Below are positions 9,688-19,095 of a stretch of DNA of 64,000 nt, piece by piece (positions within the stretch are counted from its first letter, which is position 1; every line of letters starts with the position of its first letter). Made by a program: the position numbers and the translations under genes. Source of the stretch: a virus; the IMG/VR virus record IMGVR_UViG_3300019927_000044, positions 3,331 through 67,330 of that record; one strand, written 5' to 3'. The notes under the pieces were generated by a model. The model did not search any database. It had not been told where the DNA came from and saw nothing but the letters and a program-made list of their open reading frames with translations.

Positions 9688-9924
9688 TCAGTCGATAAAT
9701 CTATTCCGCTCGGGCCAAACGTCTTCCAGCCGCTCAAGCCGACGAATGTATTCTTTTGCCGTTAGTTCCTCGTTCAGAAGCATCTCTGAAAGCGTACGCA
9801 TATCGTACACCATTTGTTCGGCCACGACAAGCTCGTCAATTTCCTCCTGAATTTCGGCTACTGTAGCCACACCGTCATGCTCAACCTCACTGATTGGCTT
9901 ATCTGGGACGCGCTCTGACAGCAT
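9688..9924 (-). CDS. Hypothetical protein (78 aa)
   Basis: Acidic coupled ORF. Confidence 0.65.
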   Translation of the reverse strand: MLSERVPDKPISEVEHDGVATVAEIQEEIDELVVAEQMVYDMRTLSEMLLNEELTAKEYIRRLERLEDVWPERNRFID

Positions 9925-10235
9925 TATTGTGCCACCTCTTCAACACGGCGCTTGAAGCGACGGAACAGTTTTCGCTGTAGGTAGTCCGACCGAAGACTGT
10001 GTTCTCGCTTCGCACGCTGTAGTTCCGTGATGATGGCACGCCACTCGTCGTCTTCAAGTGGGTATTCATCACGCATAGGCGAATACCCGTCAAGTGCCTG
10101 TGCCGCATTAGCAATCTTTTGTTCGTTCTCACTGTCGATGTTCTCCAAATCAGCAAGCACGAACGGGAGAAATTCTTCTGTTAGCTGTCGACGCTCGTTT
10201 TCGCGCAGTTGTAGTGGAACAGTTACCATACACAC
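9924..10235 (-). CDS. Hypothetical helical protein
   Basis: Charged helical ORF with upstream TATA-like element. Confidence 0.65.
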   Translation of the reverse strand: MCMVTVPLQLRENERRQLTEEFLPFVLADLENIDSENEQKIANAAQALDGYSPMRDEYPLEDDEWRAIITELQRAKREHSLRSDYLQRKLFRRFKRRVEEVAQ

Positions 10236-10274
10236 GTACTACAACTGCCGACTATAAAAACGTTTTGTTACTGC

Positions 10275-10892
10275 TTAGATGCCGTAATGTTCGATTGCAC
10301 CCTCCTTCGTTCGGTACAGATGGATACCACTGGTACAGCGCGCAGTCACGTCATCATCAAACTCGTTTTCGGGCTGAATCAGGTCACCAAGCTCGTACTC
10401 GAAATCATTGTCATGACGTGACACATCTTCGAACACACCAGACGCATTTTCGGCGTCACTCATGAATTCTCGCTCTTTATCAGCAAACTCGTCTGGGTCG
10501 TACATGTCTGCGACGAAGGCCATGTTTGTTCGCAGCTTTTTTCGACCAAATGCGCTGTGGCGTGGATACACGACCTTGGCCGTGGGAGGAAGGAGTAGCT
10601 TGACGATAGCATTGCGAGTTGCCTTCCACGCAACACGTTCTTCCTCAAGGCGGACTACTTCACCGTCTTTCCCTTCAAGTTCGGCAACGGCATCAGTCTC
10701 GATATTGAAGCGGTTGTACATCGCCTCTGCAAACTCCTCGAACTTGTTTTCAATACGCTCAGCCTTCCGCTGTGCGTTGTCAGCAACGTTTGCAGCACGT
10801 CGCGCATCTTCCTGTGCTGTTTCTAACTCGTCTTCAAGTGCTTCGATTCGGTCTTCGTTCTCAACTGTCGAACCGCCAAGTAGGATTCCCAT
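10275..10892 (-). CDS. Coiled-coil + DUF5758-like protein
   Basis: IVKLLLPPTAK...KLRT...FEYELGD...FDDDVTARCTSGIHLY pattern. Confidence 0.65.
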   Translation of the reverse strand: MGILLGGSTVENEDRIEALEDELETAQEDARRAANVADNAQRKAERIENKFEEFAEAMYNRFNIETDAVAELEGKDGEVVRLEEERVAWKATRNAIVKLLLPPTAKVVYPRHSAFGRKKLRTNMAFVADMYDPDEFADKEREFMSDAENASGVFEDVSRHDNDFEYELGDLIQPENEFDDDVTARCTSGIHLYRTKEGAIEHYGI

Positions 10893-10944
10893 GTGCGTTT
10901 CATTATAAAGTCTTTATTGTAATAAGTGTTTTCATTCACGTTCA

Positions 10945-11362
10945 AAAAAAAACGGTCGGATAGCCCGTTACCGCCACACTTTGTGGTGATACGATACCTG
11001 TTTCAATGTGGCCTACTGGCACGGAGGCAGTCGACCAAATGTCGAACTCATCCATATCATTGAGCCGCGATTATATGCGGCAATCTAACAGGCTGGTGTC
11101 CATTTAATCCATACTTCGCCACAGTTCACCCAACAGTTACCTTTAGGGCGATGCCCTATTCGGCATCGTCCTATCGGCTCGTGCGATAGTACGATACTTT
11201 GCCGTGCATAGGGTATACACCGTTTCACGAGGTCAGTTGTGTAGCGCGCATGGAACCACTTTTCATTTCGGTATCTTAATTTGGTTTATGCTTGTTTTGC
11301 GTCGGTGGAAGGGGCATATCAACCCACCATCCGTGTCAGGGGTAGTTCGACCACCGACATAC
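10945..11362 (-). ncRNA. Putative structured ncRNA A (~410 nt)
   Basis: No long ORF; TATA-like element at 11381-90 and T9 run at 10944-52 on the - strand; multiple helices. Confidence 0.6.
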
Positions 11363-11399
11363 TATGTTAGGAACCCCGTGTATAAAAAAGTTTCGAAAA

Positions 11400-11676
11400 T
11401 AAATGGAAGAGGGCTGCATGATTACCGCACCCACAGCCGTTAGTTAAAGGCTTTTCCTATCTCATATCCCTTACCGTAAGTGTCTACATGACGTTTCACC
11501 GTCATCCCCGACAATCTTACAAGGGCTATAATTCGGTCTACCATACTGTTGTGAGCCATGACCTCCCTACAGCGTTAATCAGCTATGGTCATGCGGCCTC
11601 CAAGCGGACAGCCTACCGCTCTCATCGCAAGATGCTTAGTTGTATGCACTAACTTCCTCTCGTGTGAGAGGCATGT
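11400..11676 (-). ncRNA. Putative structured ncRNA B (~275 nt)
   Basis: No long ORF; TATTAAGTA about 21 nt upstream; nested helices with G-U pairs on the - strand; T-rich end. Confidence 0.6.
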
Positions 11677-11712
11677 AGTAGTACACAACCCAGCTACTTA
11701 ATACTTGTGAAA

Positions 11713-11979
11713 CTATTCCATTTTCTCCATCCCATCAACGCTAATTGAGATACTATCATCTCGACGTTGCCGACCAAGTTCAAACTGCTCACTCGCCGTA
11801 TGACCGACCAGTTCCGCCGTCAGACCGTCGCCAACGTCAAAGACGATGCATACCACCTTCGTCAGTCCAAGGCTCTTCATCTCCGTCTCAACGACTGTCA
11901 GCGGCTCTGGCACTTCGTCAGTATCGAACTGTACAACATCTCCTTCCTGTAGGTTTTCGGGCCTCATTCGTCGTAGCAC
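11713..11979 (-). CDS. Hypothetical protein
   Basis: Acidic ORF; true start probably MRPENL. Confidence 0.6.
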   Translation of the reverse strand: MLRRMRPENLQEGDVVQFDTDEVPEPLTVVETEMKSLGLTKVVCIVFDVGDGLTAELVGHTASEQFELGRQRRDDSISISVDGMEKME

Positions 11980-12239
11980 TCCGTATGCATGTCAGACTTC
12001 CAGTCGTACTTATGCCAGTGGTTAGACAGATTTGAGTTGAGTATGATGTCTTTCAGCACTGTCTGACAGCGTGGGCACAGCGTCTTTGCGTAGTCCGCCG
12101 TCCAGAGTCCGTCTTTCCTAACCGTCGACTGCGAGTCGGCGTTTGGCAACTCTGTGACGCGACCGTACAGCCAGACGCCACCATGAATACCGTACTCATC
12201 CTTCACGTCACTGCCACAACCGACACAACGAATTGTCAC
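11964..12239 (-). CDS. Small Zn-finger protein
   Basis: CVGCG...CPRC. Confidence 0.65.
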   Translation of the reverse strand: MTIRCVGCGSDVKDEYGIHGGVWLYGRVTELPNADSQSTVRKDGLWTADYAKTLCPRCQTVLKDIILNSNLSNHWHKYDWKSDMHTECYDE

Positions 12240-12571
12240 ATTCCAGCCTCCCGAACCGTTTCAAGTGCGTCTTCATACCGCTCTTCGTCTATTTTAATCA
12301 GCACGCGTAGCAATTCATACGTGCTGTATTCTAAGTCTTCATCTGTCGGGCCACTTTCTATATCGTAATTATCGACACAGTTTTCTATTCGCTCGACCAA
12401 CATGTCGGCAACCCAGTCGAGTGCTACAGCAGCACCGCCACTAACAATGTCTTGTTCAGACGGGGACGCACTGTCAAAATAGACCGCCTTACCAAGCGGT
12501 TTATCGTTTTCTTCATCTTTGACAGTTTCAACACCGTACGAGTCGATAACTTCGTACAATTTTCCGTTCAC
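12236..12571 (-). CDS. Hypothetical protein (111 aa)
   Basis: Acidic ORF. Confidence 0.65.
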   Translation of the reverse strand: MNGKLYEVIDSYGVETVKDEENDKPLGKAVYFDSASPSEQDIVSGGAAVALDWVADMLVERIENCVDNYDIESGPTDEDLEYSTYELLRVLIKIDEERYEDALETVREAGM

Positions 12572-12602
12572 ACAATACTATACTATACGAAAGGTTATAA
12601 AC

Positions 12603-13214
12603 TTATCGTTCACCCACTGCTGGGAAGTGCGTCTTAAGGACAGGATGCATGTCTTTCACGGCGATGTCATTATATGGACGAGAACCAGCTAAGTCGGCCA
12701 TGTGCATTGTCTGTTCGGCACTTGTTGAAGGGGGTGACCCAACATACCAGCAGCCGTTATGGGCCTCCACAGCGTCAGCTACGCCGTCTGGCAGGCTTGT
12801 GTGATTGCGAATGTAATTGGCAGCAAGAATGTCGTGATTTGAAACAGTGCTATCAACTGCCGTGGGCGGGCGACCGTACTTAAACATGTCGTGTAGGATA
12901 CAGGCCGCTCGCATCTCATTCACGTCCTGTTGGCTCATATGGCCCTGCTTTTTCAGCGACGGTGCAAAGCCCTCAAACATCGAACAGACACGTTTTATGT
13001 GCAGCCAGAGGCCATGTCGTGACCGATGTTCGGGCTGGTGGTTCCGAGACGAGGCTGGGGCGACCCAAAAATAATTCGGGATATCATCCTGAATGACCTG
13101 AATGACCTGCTCTCGAAGATGACTGTCAGTAATATCAGTCACTTCGGGAAAACGTGCCACAGCTTCGTCGTCGTCAAAGTCACCGTACAAATCGTGTGTT
13201 ACCGTAATGTCCAT
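12603..13214 (-). CDS. HD-domain phosphohydrolase (YhaM-like)
   Basis: GLWLHIKRV...ILHDMFKYG...HDILAA...EAHNG...HMAD. Confidence 0.85.
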   Translation of the reverse strand: MDITVTHDLYGDFDDDEAVARFPEVTDITDSHLREQVIQVIQDDIPNYFWVAPASSRNHQPEHRSRHGLWLHIKRVCSMFEGFAPSLKKQGHMSQQDVNEMRAACILHDMFKYGRPPTAVDSTVSNHDILAANYIRNHTSLPDGVADAVEAHNGCWYVGSPPSTSAEQTMHMADLAGSRPYNDIAVKDMHPVLKTHFPAVGER

Positions 13215-13333
13215 ACAGCCTCAATTACGGTTAGGAGGTTTAAGTACTTTTCGGTTCCAGACTGTAGTCTTTATTTGGACAGCCCTCGTCAATTTCGTGG
13301 CGCTCTTCACAGTCGTAGCAGTAGACGTTTCTG

Positions 13334-13654
13334 TTACTTGTCATTGATTTTTTCCTTCATATTGTGTCGTAATACTTTCATCGTCATGTCATGACCGTAA
13401 TCTCCATTACATACAGCATGTTCGCCAGTTTCTTCGTCACTGACTGACAGTTCGACCTCGTTACTACAGGCAACACATGTAAAGACTGTCGTCTGTCGAA
13501 GTACTATCGGTGCCGTCGCATTAGTCGTTACGGTCTGCATTAACAACTCACCGAGTGCATATTCTTCATGCACGTCGTACTCAGCGTCTTCGTTGATGGC
13601 ACCACATTCTTGACAAATGTGGTCAGTCATTGTTCCATCTGACGAGTCCACCAC
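13334..13654 (-). CDS. Zn-finger protein
   Basis: CQECG...CVAC...C. Confidence 0.6.
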   Translation of the reverse strand: MVDSSDGTMTDHICQECGAINEDAEYDVHEEYALGELLMQTVTTNATAPIVLRQTTVFTCVACSNEVELSVSDEETGEHAVCNGDYGHDMTMKVLRHNMKEKINDK

Positions 13655-13855
13655 TGTTCAAACTGGGCCAGCGCCGCACGACGGTCGATTGATTCCAGTT
13701 CTTCGACACCGTAGCCCTTACTATACCCTTTCCAAAAGCTCTTCCATGCGATTTCTTTTGCTGGGTCGTCGTATTCTGCCATACACAGTAACGTACTGTG
13801 CCTATGTATAAAAAAGTATCGTCTTACTCTGACGTAAACTCGAAGTTACTTGTCA

Positions 13856-14311
13856 TTATTCTTCCTCGATTAGTGACGCCAACATTGCCGCGTACCCAGC
13901 AAGGTCACGGGCAGCATCGGACGTGCTATCATTGCCGACTTGCGGTTCATCAGCCAGCAAGACAAGGGTATATGCGCGTAGAACCTTGTCCAGCATCCGT
14001 GTGAAGATGCCATCAGCGTTCTCTTCAAACAGCGACCCATTCGTGGGCGTATCGGCCATCTTCACGTACTCGTCTCCCTCATGTTTGATAGTCGTTGGTC
14101 CACCCTCGTCAGCCATCACGCGCTTGATAGCACCAACCTTCTCGTAGGCGTTTCCGTAGTCGTCGTTTTTGTCTTCGACGGTTTCTGCCACATCTTCGAG
14201 AACGTCTTGCGGACGAGTCTGGTTCAATTCTGCCAGAAGTTCACTTCCGTTAACTTCAAACGTCATTTCGATTTCTCTGGCACCATACAGACCACTATTC
14301 ATCATCATCAC
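13856..14311 (-). CDS. Nucleotide-modification-associated domain 1 (DUF1599/Nmad1)-like all-alpha protein
   Basis: KNDDYG...RMLDKVLR...DSTSDAARDLAGYA pattern. Confidence 0.65.
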   Translation of the reverse strand: MMMMNSGLYGAREIEMTFEVNGSELLAELNQTRPQDVLEDVAETVEDKNDDYGNAYEKVGAIKRVMADEGGPTTIKHEGDEYVKMADTPTNGSLFEENADGIFTRMLDKVLRAYTLVLLADEPQVGNDSTSDAARDLAGYAAMLASLIEEE

Positions 14312-14443
14312 CGTCGTTAGTCAACACAATGTCGTCTTCGCTGTCACTGTTTTCGAAAATCTCGCCAGCGTCGTCTGTGTCGTCAGTGTTGTCTACCATA
14401 CACAGTAGTATAGCAGACCTACCTATAAAAAGTTATCGACTTA

Positions 14444-14803
14444 CTATTCGCCCCGAGGAATGTCGTCAGTGTCAGGTTCTTCTGGCTCTTCGACAACTTC
14501 GTCTGGCTGCGACATGCCAGACTCTGCGGTGCCATTTTCAAATGGCACAACTTCAAGTTCCTGCAGGGCCGTCAGTCCAGCCTCAATCGGAATGATGAAC
14601 TCGATTGGGGCCATCAGGTCACGGGCGTCTTCACCCTTGACCAACTTCCCAACCACTTCATCGGGCTGGTCGTTAAGTCCAGCCACTTGCGCCAACTGTA
14701 GGGCCAGTTCTCGACTGACCGATTCTGGGTCGATAAGAATGCTTGTCTCCGCTCTATCCATTACGCTGTCGTCGCCAATAATGTCTGATGGGTAACGCGT
14801 CAT
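14444..14803 (-). CDS. Hypothetical acidic protein
   Basis: ORF with upstream TATA-like element. Confidence 0.6.
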   Translation of the reverse strand: MTRYPSDIIGDDSVMDRAETSILIDPESVSRELALQLAQVAGLNDQPDEVVGKLVKGEDARDLMAPIEFIIPIEAGLTALQELEVVPFENGTAESGMSQPDEVVEEPEEPDTDDIPRGE

Positions 14804-14869
14804 GCGTCCCCTACTACACGGTACTACTATAAAAAAGTGTTGCTATTTGTCTATACTACTGAACTGCGT

Positions 14870-14899
14870 TCAACAGAGGCTGAAGCCGCATCTCGCAAC
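14870..14899 (-). repeat. Synonymously diverged duplicate of the last 9 codons plus stop of the 14937-15035 gene
   Basis: GTTGCGAGATGCGGCTTCAGCCTCTGTTGA vs GTTGCGAGATGCGGCTTTAGCTTGTGCTAA; both encode VARCGFSLC*. Confidence 0.9.
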
Positions 14900-14936
14900 C
14901 TTTGAGAGTGTGTAACACTCTCATTCGGTAGCAGCT

Positions 14937-15035
14937 TTAGCACAAGCTAAAGCCGCATCTCGCAACGCACCGCTCACAGCCTTCGATGAACGCAATATCG
15001 CTACCACAGTCAGGGCATTTATCGAGGTGTCCCAT
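14937..15035 (-). CDS. 32-aa CPxCG zinc-ribbon microprotein
   Basis: MGHLDKCPDCGSDIAFIEGCERCVARCGFSLC; GTCAGTACG motif 11 nt upstream. Confidence 0.7.
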   Translation of the reverse strand: MGHLDKCPDCGSDIAFIEGCERCVARCGFSLC

Positions 15036-15093
15036 GTGTATTATTCCGTACTGACGCGTTTATTTTGATAAACGCTTCCGTGATTGAATGTTT

Positions 15094-17064
15094 TCATTCT
15101 GAACTGACAGATACTTCGTCACTATTCACAACGATGTACGAATCGCCATTTTCTTCATCGAAGAATTGCATTACCTCTTCGTCGGTCAGCTTGGCAATCG
15201 CGTTCTCAACGATATCAGCGACCTGCCCCTCACTCTTGTCAGCCCACATATGATGGGACGGGTCCATGATAGACCCATTCTTATCATCACTACGCCGCTC
15301 ACGTTCAGCACGCACGTACTGTAGTCCCTCGTCGTTGGTGTAGTACTCGACGGGACTGATGCCCAGCATGTGCTGTGTGTCCAGACTCTGCACGTCGTCT
15401 GGCGTCACACGTTTGTCGTCAATCGTATTCTCAAGGTGCTGTGCGACTTCTGCATCGACTTCTCGCCATTCTACGTCCCCTTCATCGTCATCATCACTGA
15501 ACGCGCTCAGACCCTCGTCAGCGTCGTCTGTGTCGTCGTTAGTATCTGGCTCTGTTGCACGAGATGGTGCAAGCGACTCGGCTGCATTTTCAGTTTCGCG
15601 TACTTCCGTCGTCGCAGATAGCTCGGCCTCAAATTCGTTAACTGTCTCAGCGATGTGCTGGTCACGAATCGGGTCGGTTACAGGTTCGAACAGTTCTGGG
15701 TACACATCGAGATTCGGGTGACCGAACGTGGACCCACCCAAAAATTCATACATGTGTGCCCCATTCGGCCCGTCACCCTCATGTTTGACGATTAGATACT
15801 CGTCTTCCATTTCGTCCAGCACACCTTTGTCACGACTGTTCGACAGTTGGTCTTTTGACAGCGATGGGATATCTGCATAATCGTCAATATACTCCGCGAT
15901 ATCCATGCGTGTCGCCTGTAGCCCACCGTTCGGACCATGCCCACCGACACCATTGTGCTCGTCTGTCAGTGCGTCGATAACTGCAAGTCGCTGTTCATCC
16001 ATACCGTGCGTGAGATTCAGCAGTAGATGGCGGTAGGAAAGGACATTGCCGATGTCTTGCGGTTCAGCAACAAGATATTCCGTCCCACCGACGTTCATCG
16101 TCTCACGAGAGTGATAGTTCATCCGCGTCCACGACCGAATGTGGTTCCCGACCGCCTTGGCAGCCCGCTTACTGTCAGTTTTTCCCCAGTTGAATATCGG
16201 CCCCATGACTTCGAATGTGTCCCAGCCATAACTTTCGATATCTGGGTGCGTGGACGTGGGCCAGTCGATATCTTCACTGTGTGGGATAATGACGGGACGG
16301 GCGTAGGACTTTGTAACGCCGTCGACAGTACTCTCAAGCGGGCGTGGGATATTAGCAATGTGGTCCTGTACAGCCCGCGTCCCTTCATCGAAGTTGAAGT
16401 TGTATGTATGCTCACGGTCAGTAACCTCGACCTCGCGGTGGTCGAACATGGTCTTCCCGACCGCACGGTTAATGTCTTCGTCGGCCTCAACGCGAATGAC
16501 CATCTGCCGCGTTTCCAGTTCTTTCGGAATGTCGGCATTATTCTCGTCAGCGAACAGGAAGACGGTCGGCATTGCCTGTTTCTCAATTACGTCTTCCTCT
16601 CGTCCGCCATCACCGTCGTCAACATTCCGACTATGCTGGAACCCGACACCATTTTCGTCGGCGTCGTCACCCGCTGAAGACTTTACCATTTCTAACATTT
16701 TACCCTGCATCTGCTGGAACTCTGCGAACGCGCCGATATACTTCTTGTTCCAGCGGTCTGAGTCGACCAGCCCCATGTCAGACGTGCTACCAGTCCGCAG
16801 CAGCCAGTCATTGACCCAAATTTTGTCCTGCGTCTGCTTAAGTTTCGTCTTCCCCTCACCGCTTTTTCCACGGATAATCAGTTGCAGATACTCGTCTGGG
16901 TCGATAGAAAGGCCAGATGCGTAGCCCGCAGCAGTCGCAAGGAATTCGGCCTCATTACCGACCATTTCCGACCGAATCACGTCGACAATATTCTCCGCGA
17001 TATTATCTGCCACTTCGTAATTCGGGGCTGTCTTATCGGATACGTCTATTTCAAATTCACTCAT
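15094..17064 (-). CDS. P-loop ATPase, probable replicative helicase
   Basis: Walker A GKSGEGKT, AFAEFQQ Walker B-like, ELETR putative Arg finger, acidic C-terminal domains. Confidence 0.6.
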   Translation of the reverse strand: MSEFEIDVSDKTAPNYEVADNIAENIVDVIRSEMVGNEAEFLATAAGYASGLSIDPDEYLQLIIRGKSGEGKTKLKQTQDKIWVNDWLLRTGSTSDMGLVDSDRWNKKYIGAFAEFQQMQGKMLEMVKSSAGDDADENGVGFQHSRNVDDGDGGREEDVIEKQAMPTVFLFADENNADIPKELETRQMVIRVEADEDINRAVGKTMFDHREVEVTDREHTYNFNFDEGTRAVQDHIANIPRPLESTVDGVTKSYARPVIIPHSEDIDWPTSTHPDIESYGWDTFEVMGPIFNWGKTDSKRAAKAVGNHIRSWTRMNYHSRETMNVGGTEYLVAEPQDIGNVLSYRHLLLNLTHGMDEQRLAVIDALTDEHNGVGGHGPNGGLQATRMDIAEYIDDYADIPSLSKDQLSNSRDKGVLDEMEDEYLIVKHEGDGPNGAHMYEFLGGSTFGHPNLDVYPELFEPVTDPIRDQHIAETVNEFEAELSATTEVRETENAAESLAPSRATEPDTNDDTDDADEGLSAFSDDDDEGDVEWREVDAEVAQHLENTIDDKRVTPDDVQSLDTQHMLGISPVEYYTNDEGLQYVRAERERRSDDKNGSIMDPSHHMWADKSEGQVADIVENAIAKLTDEEVMQFFDEENGDSYIVVNSDEVSVSSE

Positions 17065-17114
17065 CCACTCACAGATAGAGTATGGGGATATAAAAAGTTA
17101 TCGATTGCTGCTCG

Positions 17115-17747
17115 CTACAGATACTGCTTCACTCGTTCCACGTCACCGTGCGGGAATGGCGTGTCCGTATAGACACCCCAGTCCATTGAAACTGCCTTCA
17201 ACCTCGCTCGGAAGGACGGAATATCACTATTGTTTGGAATGATGTGGTCGGCAGTGTGTGGCGAATTAGCGGCATACATCGACGCACAGTCCCATTCGTA
17301 TAGTTCCTGTTTGTCACGGTACTGGAACTGTTCCCACATTTCGTGGTCGACACTGACAGGCTCACCGTGCTTGCGCTTGAATCGTAGGTCTGGAAGTGTC
17401 CAGATAGCTATTGTTCTGACAGCACAGTCGAATCGAGTTTCGAATACATCGACTTCTGCGGGTGAACGAATGCCGCTGACAATTACCACGTCACTGTCAG
17501 AATCATTGACAATCGTGTCAGCAAGACCATCAGCGAAGGTAAAGTCACCGTATTCTTCTTTACAATTACCAGCCCATTCAGCAAGACTGATGTCAACACC
17601 ACTGTCTTGCCATTCTCCCCGAACAAAGTCGCTCATTTCTTCGACACGAACGTCTTTACCCCATTCAGTGAAGTGCTGTTCGAGAAGGTCAGCGGCCAGT
17701 GATTTGCCAGCGCCCTGCGGTGCAGCGAGTAGGATGATTGATTCCAT
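17115..17747 (-). CDS. P-loop nucleoside monophosphate/dephospho-CoA kinase-like protein
   Basis: AAPQGAGKS; VIVSGIRSPAE; LRFKR. Confidence 0.75.
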   Translation of the reverse strand: MESIILLAAPQGAGKSLAADLLEQHFTEWGKDVRVEEMSDFVRGEWQDSGVDISLAEWAGNCKEEYGDFTFADGLADTIVNDSDSDVVIVSGIRSPAEVDVFETRFDCAVRTIAIWTLPDLRFKRKHGEPVSVDHEMWEQFQYRDKQELYEWDCASMYAANSPHTADHIIPNNSDIPSFRARLKAVSMDWGVYTDTPFPHGDVERVKQYL

Positions 17748-17784
17748 ACACTACCCTATTGTGCAGGGTAGTATAAAAGGATTA

Positions 17785-18357
17785 CTATTCTACGTTACGC
17801 ATGACGATTTCTGTATTTGACGGAACGAAGTGTAGCCCATTGTCAAAGTTTTCACACTCTTTACCCGAAAACCAGCCGAAGCTATTTCCAATTACATCTT
17901 TGTCGTCATAATAGACTGTCGACTCTATCAGACTCGACTTTTTCTCCGAAATGATATTAAACGATGATGTCAGCGGTAGCACTACACTATTGACACCATC
18001 ACTGAACCTGACACACTTTTCACGCTCTTGCACTTCTTGCACGGCCTCATACACCCGCTGCAAATCATCTTCTGGAATTGTATACCCATTCCACTCTACA
18101 CTATCACACGCTTCAATATCCAGCGTTGCTTTTGAACCATCTGTCTTACCTGCTGGAACATACGTAAGGCCAGTAGATGTATGGTGTGTCGACTGCGCCT
18201 GTCCGTCAATCTCACGCAGCGTCGTCAGAATTTCACTGATATCGTCTGGCGTGAGATAGTGCGTGTAAGTTTCATTACCGCCGTCAATCTTGACAGCATC
18301 GCCGTCGAATGTTGCTTCAAAGTCGTATCGTGGTTCGATGTCGAGTGTTTCAGACAT
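17785..18357 (-). CDS. Hypothetical protein (190 aa)
   Basis: Acidic ORF. Confidence 0.65.
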   Translation of the reverse strand: MSETLDIEPRYDFEATFDGDAVKIDGGNETYTHYLTPDDISEILTTLREIDGQAQSTHHTSTGLTYVPAGKTDGSKATLDIEACDSVEWNGYTIPEDDLQRVYEAVQEVQEREKCVRFSDGVNSVVLPLTSSFNIISEKKSSLIESTVYYDDKDVIGNSFGWFSGKECENFDNGLHFVPSNTEIVMRNVE

Positions 18358-18400
18358 TACGATTAGTATATTGCGAGGGTATTACTTAATAGTACCGATT

Positions 18401-18586
18401 CTACTCGACAATGCGGTAGTCGTTCTCTGGGTCTTCTATCCCAACCCACTCAGTTTCGACAGTCTCTCGCTTGTCCATCTCTGTGTTACAGTCAGGACAG
18501 AGTAGTTGCCGATGAACGCCACCGCTCTCGACAAGTACAGCACTGTTGTCACAGTCGTCACAAATGTATTTGTAGCTACTGCTCAT
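18401..18586 (-). CDS. Small Zn-ribbon protein
   Basis: CDDC...CPDC. Confidence 0.65.
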   Translation of the reverse strand: MSSSYKYICDDCDNSAVLVESGGVHRQLLCPDCNTEMDKRETVETEWVGIEDPENDYRIVE

Positions 18587-19053
18587 AGTTCCTCATAGCG
18601 GTACGCATCAACATCTGGCTCTGGCTCACACCAGCCGTTACAGACACCGACACCATTGCTCTGCATGTCGATTGTCTCAGCGTAGCAGTAGCCGACAGTC
18701 TCGACACCAAACGCGTCGTAGATTTCGTCAGACTCGAAACCGATAACTGGACCGTCGTCGTAATCGACCATCGTCGCCCACTCAAACAGATGTTCGTGCA
18801 GTTCGTACTCACACAGTTGCTCTAAACCAGCCTGTAGCGCATCTGGAAGCGATTCAGTAGTGAACAAGTGTTCTACCCTTCGCCCCCCGTCACAGCCCTC
18901 ACGACAGCACACAGACTGCTCTACAACGACAAACAGTTCGTCACCATCAACCATATCGACTTGGCTAACGCCGAAGCCGTCGATATCAAATGTCGGCTCG
19001 CTCAGTTCGTGGTCAGTGTCGTGCAGTGGTTCGACGTAAGTTGGTGGTTGCAT
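18583..19053 (-). CDS. Hypothetical protein (156 aa)
   Basis: Acidic ORF. Confidence 0.65.
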   Translation of the reverse strand: MQPPTYVEPLHDTDHELSEPTFDIDGFGVSQVDMVDGDELFVVVEQSVCCREGCDGGRRVEHLFTTESLPDALQAGLEQLCEYELHEHLFEWATMVDYDDGPVIGFESDEIYDAFGVETVGYCYAETIDMQSNGVGVCNGWCEPEPDVDAYRYEEL

Positions 19054-19095
19054 TACGTCTTAACCATCACACCACTATAATAAAAAGCTGTCGAT

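Noticed and set aside
10945-11676. tmRNA, SRP RNA, group I/II intron or full RNase P assignment for RNAs A and B
   Set aside because: No tRNA-like ends, SRP domain IV, ordered P7 R/S elements, convincing domain V, or complete CR-I/CR-V pair.
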